Part shown: positions 9,369 through 18,686 of the stretch, piece by piece
How the letters are laid out: each line of letters opens with the position of its first letter
How positions within the stretch are numbered: the first letter of the stretch is position 1
Source of the DNA: Myxococcota bacterium
Lineage (GTDB): Bacteria > Myxococcota > UBA4151
Assembly (NCBI GenBank): GCA_040260805.1
Contig: JBDQPD010000004.1
Span: forward strand, 6,219 to 70,218
Length of the DNA: 64,000 nt
Direction of reading: 5' to 3'
The notes under the pieces: model-generated
Told to the model about the DNA's origin: nothing
What the model saw: only the letters and a program-made list of their open reading frames with translations
The model's database searches: none
Translations under genes and position numbers: made by a program

Positions 9369-10405
9369 GTCAGTGCATCCTTGCGGTCGAGACCAGCTGC
9401 GATGAAACCGCAGCAGCGGTGCTCAAAGATGGAGAAATCGTAGCCGAAGAGATTCATACCCAAACCGATCTTCACAGCTACTATGGTGGGGTCGTTCCGG
9501 AGCTCGCAAGCCGCGACCATGTGGCGCACGTCGGCGCAGTCTGCCAATCGGTCTTGCGCGGGCATGAGGACGATCTGGATGTGATCGCTGCGACCCGTGG
9601 TCCAGGTTTGATCGGCGGCTTGCTCGTCGGTCTGCAGTGGGCAAAAGCTTATGCCTTTGGGCGTGGACTTCCTTTTGTTGGAGTTCACCACCTAGCAGGC
9701 CATCTCGCTGCGCCTCGATTGGACCCTGAGTTTGACCTTGAACCGCCGATGGTGTGTTTGCTGATCAGCGGCGGGCATACCCAACTCTACGCCATCGAGG
9801 GCTGGGGTGCGGCGCGTTTGCTCGGCGGGACGCGCGATGATGCCGCCGGCGAGGTCTTTGACAAAGGCGCTCGATTGCTCGGTCTGGGGTACCCTGGCGG
9901 ACCCGCTGTGCAAAAAGCAGCATCAACTCACCAAGGACCAAACCACCGGCTCCCACGACCGATGCTCAAGCGTGGGCTGGAGATGAGTTTTAGTGGTCTC
10001 AAAACAGCGCTCCGGGATGAAGTTTTTCGTCGCGACGCCGAGGGGCAACTCACAGACCCAGTACGTCACGAACTGGCCTTCTCGTTGCAAGACGCCATCG
10101 TTGACGTTCTGGTCCATAAAGCGTGCGAGGCACTTCGCGAAACAGGCTACCAAAGACTGACAATCGGCGGCGGCGTCGCAGCCAACGGACCCTTGAGAGC
10201 CGCGCTGCTTGAGGCTTCAAAATTGCATGGCTTTGAGCTGTACCTGCCACCGAAAAAGTGGTGCACAGACAACGCAGCGATGATCGCTGCAGCAGCGGCC
10301 ATTCGCTACGAACAAAAGGGCGCTGATGGGTTTGAGCTTCCGGCGCGAGCGAGATGGCCATTGGTTGAAGAGTGGGACACAGCGCAGACGCGCCCGACTC
10401 CTTAG
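9365..10405 (+). CDS. tsaD: tRNA N6-adenosine threonylcarbamoyltransferase TsaD (Kae1/Gcp)
   Basis: MSQCILAVETSCDETAAAV...HHLAGHL...GGGVAANGPLR; ATGA overlap with kinase stop. Confidence 0.9.
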   Translation: MSQCILAVETSCDETAAAVLKDGEIVAEEIHTQTDLHSYYGGVVPELASRDHVAHVGAVCQSVLRGHEDDLDVIAATRGPGLIGGLLVGLQWAKAYAFGRGLPFVGVHHLAGHLAAPRLDPEFDLEPPMVCLLISGGHTQLYAIEGWGAARLLGGTRDDAAGEVFDKGARLLGLGYPGGPAVQKAASTHQGPNHRLPRPMLKRGLEMSFSGLKTALRDEVFRRDAEGQLTDPVRHELAFSLQDAIVDVLVHKACEALRETGYQRLTIGGGVAANGPLRAALLEASKLHGFELYLPPKKWCTDNAAMIAAAAAIRYEQKGADGFELPARARWPLVEEWDTAQTRPTP

Positions 10406-10409
10406 TCAA

Positions 10410-12617
10410 TCACTCGAGCTCTGCAAGCCAGCGTTCAACGGCGGCGTCCGGTCGACCGGCTACCGCCTTGTATTTCGCGAGCAGCGCGCGCGCCCTGCTC
10501 CTGGCACCCTCGTCGCCACTCTTAAAGCTTTGATACTCAATGAGCCCAAGAGTTTTGAGCGCAAACGCGTTGCTGCTGTCCGCGGCGATAGCCGATCGAA
10601 GGTCAGACTTCGCTTTATTGGGTGAGCCTGCGCTAAAGTAAGCTTCTCCGCGCTCGGATAAGGCGATCGAGCGCTCCGCTGGAGAGATCTTTTGTTTGAG
10701 GGCTATGCTGATTAATTCGACGGCGCCATCGAGGTTTCCGTCATCACGCAACATCCGTGCGCCCTGCATTTTTTTGGCGAAATCACCGCGCTGCAAACGA
10801 CTGCGGTTGGACCGACGCACCCGACGCACCCGACGACGCCGGCGACGACGACGCTTAGCTTTCTTTCGAGGTTGCGGCTTTTCTGCAATCGGCTGAGGTT
10901 CAAGTGGTCGGTTCGGGGCTGACTCACCAGGCAGCTCGTCACCGCCGGGTGTCTCTGGCAGTTCAACCGGCGGAAGCACCGCTTGAACAGGATTTTGGAA
11001 GCGCTTCGAATAGCTGTAGGTCGAATAGGCTCCCAATCCGAAGATCACGAAACCGATGGCAGCGGCACGTAAACGCTTGAGCAGCCTCTGAGATGAACTC
11101 TCATGATCTAGCGGTTCTTCACCCCCAGGCGCTGAGGTGATCTGATCGTCATGCCCGAAGGTCCCAGTCCCCATCGCCCGATAAGGATTCGTCGTTTGTT
11201 TCGATGACGACTTGGGTGCCTGATAAGGCGGTAAATCGGCATCGAAGGACCGATCCGTCGGGGGCATCTCATCGTCAACGTCATCATCGAGTATCGGAGG
11301 CAGGTCATCCGGTTCAGCGAACACATCTCCGTCATCAAGAACTGGCGGGGCTTCGAACTCCCCAGTCGCATCGACAACCGGAGGTTCGCTGCCGACCAAA
11401 AGCGGCTCAAGACCCGGCGGCGAATCAGCGATTGATTCCGGCGCTTTTGTCTTAAAGTAAGTCTGCGCAGCGCTCAGCGCATCCTCAATACCTAGGTCCA
11501 AATCAGGGAGCTGATCCCAGTCCCTGTCGACCTCTGACCAGCCTTCTTCCTTGAGCGATGCTCCGGGTAAGCCCGAAACGCCTTTGACCGCGAGCGACCA
11601 GGCGAAATCGTCCTCTAAGGATCCTTCTTTCGATGACTCAACAGGCTCGTTTTCAGACGGCTCTAAGGACGCATCAATCGCTAACCCGACCGCTCGCGAC
11701 GAGCCTCGGTTAGCGATGAGAATTCCATCTTCGATAAGGGACAAAGCCCCTTCAATCGCGCGTAAGCCGCCCATGTTCCAAAGTGATTTGATGTCGCGCT
11801 TGCCATCGACGAGGCGAAAGATCCAAGCGACGTCATCGCTCAAGACGTTGAGGCGATGCAGCAACCGCTCAGGGTCGGTATCGAGCACTCCCTGGGGCGC
11901 TCGAGTCATCATCTCAGCGGTGCGCAACTCAAGCGCATCAGCCTCAGCAATATAGGACGCAGACGAGCGCAAGCTCTCTCCTTGAGGCGCTTGTTGGCGA
12001 TCAAATCGGTAGCTACCCTCTCGAAGACTCAGCAAAACACACAGGGCTTCCGCGCCGGTTAGACCGCCGCAGACGACCAACCCCATCTCGCCACGTCGCA
12101 TGTGGATTTGACCCGGTGCTTCTGGTGCATCAATCACCATCACCCCACTAAACAGGCTCGATGCAGCTCGAGCGAGGTCGTGACGTAGAGAGCCTTTGGC
12201 GAGTGTTGAGCCCTGCGATAAACTGGACTGCTGAAAGTTCTCGATAATGGTTGAGATCTGACTCGCCGCTGCCGGAAACCGCAACGGGCGCTCGATGGCG
12301 TTGACGTCTTCACCGAGGTCTTCGGCCGCTTCGTCGACCAACACCATCACCGAGATACCTAGGCGATTCGCCGGCTCAATGATGTCGCTATCGAGATCGA
12401 GTTTCTCACTTTCTCTGCCGAGGTGATCGCCGACCACCAAAACACCGTGCACGCCATCGACTGACAACACGCCCTCGAGATCGACGAAGTGATTCGGCAC
12501 GGCCAGTTCGAAACCCGCCTGCCGCAAAGCAGAGTCGACGATACTGCGTTCTAGATCTGCAGGACCCACAAGGACCAGGCGCCAAATCGTACTCAACGCT
12601 GCTCCTCTCCTGCGCAT
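10410..12617 (-). CDS. DUF4388/receiver-like N-terminal domain protein with Arg-rich tract and C-terminal TPR-like region
   Basis: N-terminal CheY-like fold without clear phospho-Asp; DUF4388-like segment (GLVVCGGLTGAEALCVLLSLREGSYRFDRQ); acidic Pro-rich middle; KKAKRRRRRRRRVRRVRR tract; TPR-like C-terminus. Start uncertain (12617 vs 12719). Confidence 0.55.
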   Translation of the reverse strand: MRRRGAALSTIWRLVLVGPADLERSIVDSALRQAGFELAVPNHFVDLEGVLSVDGVHGVLVVGDHLGRESEKLDLDSDIIEPANRLGISVMVLVDEAAEDLGEDVNAIERPLRFPAAASQISTIIENFQQSSLSQGSTLAKGSLRHDLARAASSLFSGVMVIDAPEAPGQIHMRRGEMGLVVCGGLTGAEALCVLLSLREGSYRFDRQQAPQGESLRSSASYIAEADALELRTAEMMTRAPQGVLDTDPERLLHRLNVLSDDVAWIFRLVDGKRDIKSLWNMGGLRAIEGALSLIEDGILIANRGSSRAVGLAIDASLEPSENEPVESSKEGSLEDDFAWSLAVKGVSGLPGASLKEEGWSEVDRDWDQLPDLDLGIEDALSAAQTYFKTKAPESIADSPPGLEPLLVGSEPPVVDATGEFEAPPVLDDGDVFAEPDDLPPILDDDVDDEMPPTDRSFDADLPPYQAPKSSSKQTTNPYRAMGTGTFGHDDQITSAPGGEEPLDHESSSQRLLKRLRAAAIGFVIFGLGAYSTYSYSKRFQNPVQAVLPPVELPETPGGDELPGESAPNRPLEPQPIAEKPQPRKKAKRRRRRRRRVRRVRRSNRSRLQRGDFAKKMQGARMLRDDGNLDGAVELISIALKQKISPAERSIALSERGEAYFSAGSPNKAKSDLRSAIAADSSNAFALKTLGLIEYQSFKSGDEGARSRARALLAKYKAVAGRPDAAVERWLAELE

Positions 12618-12793
12618 GCAAAGCGTGCGCGCACCTCGCGCGCGGCCGATCCATGAACGACCGACATCGACACATTCTGATCCCTGATTCACAAGGAACC
12701 AAAAAATATGCAGGCGCAAAAATCAACGATCGGGCTTTGCAAAGATTATTTCCGAGGTTAAGCGCTCTTCACTACATTGCCGGAGGGCGCACC

Positions 12794-14053
12794 ATGGGGC
12801 CCTGGGACGATCCACTCTACAATACCACTCGAGAACTGATTGTTCGCACTGCAAAGCAGGTGGGTATTGATCCAAATATCGGTGTGCGGCTTGCGCAACC
12901 TGATCGCTCGATCATCGTCAGCATCCCTTTGCGGCGCGACAACGGCGACGTCGAAGTCTACACGGGCTATCGAGTTCAACACAACGACACCCGAGGCCCC
13001 TGCAAGGGCGGTATTCGATTCCATCCTCACGTCAACCTCGGCGAGGTGACTGCGTTGGCGACGCTGATGACCTTCAAATGCGCCGTGGTCGGCGTTCCTC
13101 TGGGTGGTGCGAAAGGCGGGATTTCGATCGATCCGACCGGGTTGAGTCGAGCCGAACTGCAGCGTCTGACGCGTCGTTACACCACCGAAATAATTAACTT
13201 TATCGGGCCGGGCAAAGACATCCCAGCGCCTGATATGGGAACGAACCCGCAGGTGATGGCGTGGATCATGGACACCTTCAGCATGACCAACGGGTATGCA
13301 GTTCCAGGCGTTGTGACCGGCAAACCGATCGAGCTCGGAGGAAGCCAGGGCCGTCTTCAGGCGACCGGGCGTGGTTTGGTCTACACCGTGGTCGACGCCG
13401 CTCAGCATGTCGGGCTTGATCTCAAGGGTGCTACCGCTGCGATTCAAGGCTTCGGTAACGTCGGTTACTGGGCGGCGCGGCGACTCGATCACCGCGGCAC
13501 GAAAATCGTGGCAGCCTCTGACGTCACGGGAGCGGTCTACAACCCCAAAGGGATCGACCTGAAATCTGCCTACGTTCACATGCAAAAGCATGGTGGTATC
13601 GCTGGCTTTCCGGGTGCTGAACCCATGGACGCCGACGAGCTGCTCACGCTTGACGTTGACGTACTGATCCCGGCTGCGCTCGGCGGTGTTATCGACGCCG
13701 AGGTCGCAAAGAAGCTGCGCTGTCGCATCCTAGCTGAAGGCGCGAACGGTCCGGTGACCTCGGAAGGCGATGAGGTCTTGCGTCAACGTCAAGACGAGAT
13801 CTTTGTCATCCCCGACCTCTTAGCCAACGCCGGCGGTGTGACCGTCTCATACTTTGAATGGGTCCAGGGAACGCAGAACTTCTTTTGGAGCGCCACCGAG
13901 GTCAACAAGCGACTGCAGACGATCATGGTCACGGCCTTCAAGCAGATCCTCAAAGTCCATAAGACCGAAGGCTTAGACATGCGCTCGGCGGCGATGGCGG
14001 TCGGCATGCGACGGGTGAGCGAAGCGATGCTGCTCCGCGGTCTGTTCCCGTAG
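12794..14053 (+). CDS. gdhA: NAD(P)-specific glutamate dehydrogenase (Glu/Leu/Phe/Val dehydrogenase family)
   Basis: GPCKGGIRFHP...FKCAVVGVPLGGAKGGI catalytic motif; Rossmann GFGNVGYWAA. Internal ATG 12794 preferred over 12653. Confidence 0.85.
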   Translation: MGPWDDPLYNTTRELIVRTAKQVGIDPNIGVRLAQPDRSIIVSIPLRRDNGDVEVYTGYRVQHNDTRGPCKGGIRFHPHVNLGEVTALATLMTFKCAVVGVPLGGAKGGISIDPTGLSRAELQRLTRRYTTEIINFIGPGKDIPAPDMGTNPQVMAWIMDTFSMTNGYAVPGVVTGKPIELGGSQGRLQATGRGLVYTVVDAAQHVGLDLKGATAAIQGFGNVGYWAARRLDHRGTKIVAASDVTGAVYNPKGIDLKSAYVHMQKHGGIAGFPGAEPMDADELLTLDVDVLIPAALGGVIDAEVAKKLRCRILAEGANGPVTSEGDEVLRQRQDEIFVIPDLLANAGGVTVSYFEWVQGTQNFFWSATEVNKRLQTIMVTAFKQILKVHKTEGLDMRSAAMAVGMRRVSEAMLLRGLFP

Positions 14054-14060
14054 CGGCTCT

Positions 14061-15131
14061 TTAGACCGCTCGATTAAGCGCCCAACTGAAGAGCTGGGGC
14101 TTACGGATAAAGACCGAAAAGACACGCTTACGCAGCGTCGGTCGCTGGTGCAGTTGCAAGAGCAGATGGGTGAGCCGCCGCTTGCTGCTCAGCGTCCGCC
14201 AGAGCGCCGCTTCCAAGCCGGCAACTCGACCACCAGCGATCCCACTCTCAAGGGTCTGAGCTAAAATCCGTGCCTGCGCAAAGCCAGCGCTGAGCCCTTC
14301 GCCGCTGATGCCATCAAAGAAGGCTAAGGCGTCACCTACAAAACAGCCACTATCAAACGTCGCTCGACTCGCCGACACCGCCATGCGGCCGATTCCACGA
14401 CCACTACTCGCAGTTTCAGCGCCATCAAAACGACCCTTGAGACCATCAAAATGGTCAAGCCAACGCCACAAACGATCTTTACCTTTCGGGACGTCAAAGC
14501 CCTCTCGCCAAAGTAGCGCTACGCCCAGCTCGTCTTCGGACACCGGGGTCAGGTAGGCTTCGCAGCCCATGCCCCAGTGGACCTCTACAAAGGCGCTCGG
14601 CGGGCGGATACGAAGGTGCTGCCTCCAACCTAAACGATCAACGTTCATTGGCGGTTTCCCGGTCATTCCAAGCTGTTCTCGGAGCACCGAACGCGGGCCG
14701 TCGGCGACCACGACAAACTCCGCCTCAACGTGACCAAGAGCGGTGTCCAAACGCCACCCTTGATCCGTCTTCTTCATCTCTGAAACGCCGCAATTGGCAT
14801 GCAGCTCGACCCCCGCATTGCAGGCATCGACGAGCGCTGAACTCAAGACGGTTCGACGCACGCCCAACGCAGGGTCCTCGCCAAAAACCCCCCGAAAGGA
14901 ACCCACACGAGCGTCATGGTATTCGATCCCGTGAAGCGGCATGCCCTTGGGGGTGACCCCCAGCGCCTGAAGATGCTTTAATCCGTCCGGTAAAATCCCC
15001 TCGCCGCACGCACGGTCTTGCGGCCAGTCCGCCCGCTCAAAGACGTGCACTTGTCGACCCACCTGACTCAAAGCTAAAGCGGCAGCGAGCCCCGCAGGCC
15101 CCCCACCGACCACTGCGATCTCGGTTTTCAT
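14061..15131 (-). CDS. FAD-dependent oxidoreductase (geranylgeranyl reductase/monooxygenase-like), FtpE-like
   Basis: IAVVGGGPAGLAAAL dinucleotide-binding motif; last gene of type III PKS operon; 4-nt overlap with FAAL gene. Confidence 0.75.
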   Translation of the reverse strand: MKTEIAVVGGGPAGLAAALALSQVGRQVHVFERADWPQDRACGEGILPDGLKHLQALGVTPKGMPLHGIEYHDARVGSFRGVFGEDPALGVRRTVLSSALVDACNAGVELHANCGVSEMKKTDQGWRLDTALGHVEAEFVVVADGPRSVLREQLGMTGKPPMNVDRLGWRQHLRIRPPSAFVEVHWGMGCEAYLTPVSEDELGVALLWREGFDVPKGKDRLWRWLDHFDGLKGRFDGAETASSGRGIGRMAVSASRATFDSGCFVGDALAFFDGISGEGLSAGFAQARILAQTLESGIAGGRVAGLEAALWRTLSSKRRLTHLLLQLHQRPTLRKRVFSVFIRKPQLFSWALNRAV

Positions 15132-16843
15132 CGGCGACGCATCAGCAGCTTACGCCGCCCATCAAAGGTCTCTGCCAGTAGCCTCAGAACGCCAACCTTT
15201 TGAGGGGCATTGAGCAGCTGATCGAGCCAACGCCGCCGCGCCTCTTGGCGCCGAATTTTTCCTGACGACGTGCGCGGCAAACTGCCAGCAGGGAGCACCT
15301 CGACAGCAGCCGGGTTGAGACCTGTGGCGCCGCGAACGGCTTGGCGCATCTGCACTAAGGTCTCCTCGCTCACCTCGCCATGAGCCTCGGCGAGTAAAAC
15401 CACCGCTTCGCCCTCATCAACAGTAATCGCAAAGGCGGCGCTGCAGCCTGCTCTCAAGCCAGCGATCTCATGAACGGCTTGCTCGATAACCGCTGGGTCA
15501 TGGTTTCGGCCGCGCAGGATGATCAGATCTTTGGCGCGACCGGTCAGATACAGCTCGCCTCGCCAAACGAAGCCTTCATCGCCGGTATCAAGCCAGCCAT
15601 CAGCCATGATCTCTTGAGTCGCTTTGGGGTCGTCCAAATAGCCCTGCATCACGCCAGGACCCTGGACCCACACACGACCGATCTGCCCCTCGCCAAGCGC
15701 TTTAGAGCCATCACAGATCTTGAGCTCATGTCCGGGAATTGGCTGCCCTAAGCTGACCCACTGATCACCAGAATCTAAAGGCTCAAATCGTCGTGTTTTC
15801 TCGACGCGCTCACGATCTCCAAAGACTCGACTAAAAGGCTTCTTCAGATCCGAGAATGTGACGGCAAGCGTCGCCTCAGCCAAGCCGTAAACAGGCGTCA
15901 GCGCTTGGCGCGGCAAGCCCACCTGCGCGAAGCGGTCGACGAAACGATCGAGAGTGGCAGGATGAACCGGCTCGGCGCCACACAATGCGACCATCCAACG
16001 ACTCAGGTCGAGCCCGCTCAAATCTTTGACGCGATCAGCGCACAATCCATAAGCAAAATTCGGAGCGACCGAGATGGTTGCCCCACTTTCGGAGAGCGCT
16101 TCAAGCCATAATCGAGGGCGCGCAATGAATCGCTCGGGCGGAAGTAAGGTCAGGGTACCCGGCGTAATCAAGGCAACGACCAAGGCGCCGATCAACCCCA
16201 TGTCGTGATACAAAGGAAGCCAGCTCACCCCCGAATGCTCACGGGGATCGCCAGGAAAAGTGCTCATGATCGCCTCAGCGTTAGCGATCATATTGTAATG
16301 GCTCAAAGCCACCGGCTTGGGATCACCGGTGGTCCCTGAACTAAACTGAATGCAGGCGAGATCATCGGGGATCGGTACCGCATCGAGTTGAGGGGGCTTC
16401 GAACCCAGTAGATCGCCAACTTTTAGCGCGCCAAGCGGGATCTCAGCGGCGGTCGTGGGATGCCCGACAAGGCCCAACAAGCGATGATCGGTCAACACCG
16501 CCTTCGCCGGAAGTCGGCGCAGCATCTGGGTCGTTCTTTGCTTCCACTCTGAGAGCAAACCTAAACGCACCGGAGGGTACAGCGCAGCAGGAATTGCGCC
16601 GGCAAAAAGGACCCCAAAGAAGGCGTCATAAAAGTCGATCGATGTCGGCAAAATGAGCGCCACTCGATCGCCCGGCACCACACCGCGAGCCTGCAGTGAA
16701 CCCGCGACCCGGCGCGCCCGCTCGAGGATGTCACGATAGGTGTACGAGACATGGGTCCCGGGTCGCTCTTGGAACCGTAGCTCGACATCTTGAAAACTCG
16801 CTGCACGACGCAGCGCATCGACTAAGGTCTCAGGCCTGTTCAT
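15128..16843 (-). CDS. Fatty acyl-AMP ligase (FAAL) / AMP-dependent synthetase, FtpD-like
   Basis: FSSGTTGDPKPV AMP-binding motif; FAAL-type architecture; adjacent ACP. Confidence 0.85.
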   Translation of the reverse strand: MNRPETLVDALRRAASFQDVELRFQERPGTHVSYTYRDILERARRVAGSLQARGVVPGDRVALILPTSIDFYDAFFGVLFAGAIPAALYPPVRLGLLSEWKQRTTQMLRRLPAKAVLTDHRLLGLVGHPTTAAEIPLGALKVGDLLGSKPPQLDAVPIPDDLACIQFSSGTTGDPKPVALSHYNMIANAEAIMSTFPGDPREHSGVSWLPLYHDMGLIGALVVALITPGTLTLLPPERFIARPRLWLEALSESGATISVAPNFAYGLCADRVKDLSGLDLSRWMVALCGAEPVHPATLDRFVDRFAQVGLPRQALTPVYGLAEATLAVTFSDLKKPFSRVFGDRERVEKTRRFEPLDSGDQWVSLGQPIPGHELKICDGSKALGEGQIGRVWVQGPGVMQGYLDDPKATQEIMADGWLDTGDEGFVWRGELYLTGRAKDLIILRGRNHDPAVIEQAVHEIAGLRAGCSAAFAITVDEGEAVVLLAEAHGEVSEETLVQMRQAVRGATGLNPAAVEVLPAGSLPRTSSGKIRRQEARRRWLDQLLNAPQKVGVLRLLAETFDGRRKLLMRRR

Positions 16844-17081
16844 GGCGTTCCTTTAAGCGCTGCTCAACCAAGTCGATCAGCTCACGAACGGTTTGCGGCG
16901 GCTGATCGGGGGGTTCTTCAAGGCACAGGTCGAAGTGATTTTCGGTCTCGAGCGCAAGGGTGAGTAAGCCCATCGAATCCAAGCCGAGATCTTCTTGCAG
17001 ACGAGCATCGAGCGTCACGTTGTCGGTCACACCGCAGTGTTCGGCTAAGATCGTACGCACCGCATCAAAACGTTCGCTCAT
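16830..17081 (-). CDS. Acyl carrier protein
   Basis: 83 aa with LGLDSM phosphopantetheine-attachment motif. Confidence 0.8.
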   Translation of the reverse strand: MSERFDAVRTILAEHCGVTDNVTLDARLQEDLGLDSMGLLTLALETENHFDLCLEEPPDQPPQTVRELIDLVEQRLKERHEQA

Positions 17082-17587
17082 CCGCCGAGTGCCTCCTCTT
17101 CGACCGAGATGCGATGACGCAGCAGCAGTCCATTAGCTACGGTAAAGAAGACCGCAGTAAACCAGCCACCAAAGACCAATGGCAGCGCAAAAATCTCAAG
17201 CACCACGCCCAGATAGTTGGGGTGTCGAATCCATGTAAAAGCACCGCTGGTCACCAGCGGCTCATTAGGTAGGACCAATACGCGCGCCGTCCAGCGCTCG
17301 CCCAGCGATCGCATGGCGAGTAATCGAAGCGTTTGCCCAACGATCACGAGCACAAGCATACCGACCGCTAAGAACGGGTTGGGTAGACCGTGGCCACCAA
17401 AGACGGCTTCGCCAGCGCAGGAGACCAACCACAAGGTGTGCAACGCGACCATCACCGGAAAATGACCGGCGCCAACCTCTTGAGCCCCCCGCGCGCGCAG
17501 AGCTTTTTCATGGCGCCGCGACCGAGCGGTTTCGGCTAAACGCTGGACCGCCACTAAACCGACAAGCGCAAGATAACACCCAAGCAT
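17078..17587 (-). CDS. Isoprenylcysteine carboxyl methyltransferase (ICMT) family membrane methyltransferase, FtpB/SrsB-like
   Basis: Multi-TM with RHPNYLG...E motif of ICMT/PEMT family; embedded in type III PKS operon. Confidence 0.8.
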   Translation of the reverse strand: MLGCYLALVGLVAVQRLAETARSRRHEKALRARGAQEVGAGHFPVMVALHTLWLVSCAGEAVFGGHGLPNPFLAVGMLVLVIVGQTLRLLAMRSLGERWTARVLVLPNEPLVTSGAFTWIRHPNYLGVVLEIFALPLVFGGWFTAVFFTVANGLLLRHRISVEEEALGG

Positions 17588-17590
17588 AAG

Positions 17591-18652
17591 CTACCTCGCC
17601 TCAAGCACGCAGAGCTCAGCACAAAAGGCGGGACCAAACGCAAAGAGTAACCCTTTTGAGCCCGACTCAAAGCCGGCCGATATCGCATCGGCGAGGACAA
17701 AGAGCACCGAGGTGCTGCTCATGTTGCCAAAGCGCGCAAGGCTGTCCCAACTCCGAGCAAAGTCGTCATCGGTAAGACCCAACGCCGCCGCAGCGCTTCG
17801 AAGCACCTTGGGTCCGCCGGGGTGCCCAACAAAGAAACTCAAATCGCTGCGCGTCAGACCATCTTGTTCCAAAATGGCGTCGAGCGCTCCAGGCATCTCA
17901 TGGGCGACCACCTCGGCGACCGTGGGGGCGAGCACGACCTTAAAGCCTGAGCTGACCACATCCCAGCCCATGATGCGCTCCGTCTCGGGGATAAAGTGTG
18001 ACCGGCTGGCGCGCACGGCGACCGGAGCTTTCGTGGCGAGGGGGTGCTCGTCACCGACCATCACCACAGCGGCTCCGCCATCTCCAAACAAGCCCGAAGC
18101 GACAATGTTGGCGACACTCAGATCTTCTTTTTGAAGGGTTAAACTGCACAGCTCAACCGAGACAAAGACGGCTGCCGCCTTAGGATGCCCTTTGAGAAAG
18201 TCAGAGACTCGGTTGATCCCAGCGGCGCCGGCTAAACAGCCCAAACCAAACAAAGGCATGCGCCGAGTCGTCTGGGCAAAGGGTAGCTGATTCATGAGAC
18301 GCGCATCAAGGCTCGGTACCGCCACCCCAGTGACCGTCGTGCTGGCGATCAAGTCCACCTGATCAGCGGGCAACCCCGCTTGATCCAGCGCCCCTTGCAC
18401 CGCTCGAGTAGCCAGCGGAACCGCAACCTCGATCCAGGCATCATTGTGGTCACCAAAGCCCTCGAGCGCGTCATAACGCTCAATCGGCAAGGCGAGGTGG
18501 CGACCACCGACTAAGACGTTGCGTTGAAACTTAGCGATGCGCTCAGGGTTGGCGTAACGCGTCCCCCATCGCTCCATGAGCGCTTCGATCAGCTGGTCTT
18601 GACCGTAAAAGTGATCGGGAAGGGCGGTCTGAACTGAGATGATATGAGGCAT
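17591..18652 (-). CDS. Type III polyketide synthase (chalcone/stilbene synthase family), FtpA-like
   Basis: 353 aa; active-site Cys context LFGLGCLAGAAG, C-terminal GHPGGPKVL and FGPAF motifs of CHS-like thiolase fold. Confidence 0.85.
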   Translation of the reverse strand: MPHIISVQTALPDHFYGQDQLIEALMERWGTRYANPERIAKFQRNVLVGGRHLALPIERYDALEGFGDHNDAWIEVAVPLATRAVQGALDQAGLPADQVDLIASTTVTGVAVPSLDARLMNQLPFAQTTRRMPLFGLGCLAGAAGINRVSDFLKGHPKAAAVFVSVELCSLTLQKEDLSVANIVASGLFGDGGAAVVMVGDEHPLATKAPVAVRASRSHFIPETERIMGWDVVSSGFKVVLAPTVAEVVAHEMPGALDAILEQDGLTRSDLSFFVGHPGGPKVLRSAAAALGLTDDDFARSWDSLARFGNMSSTSVLFVLADAISAGFESGSKGLLFAFGPAFCAELCVLEAR

Positions 18653-18686
18653 GATGGCGCGAGTCTGACCTTTGAAATATCCCCGG

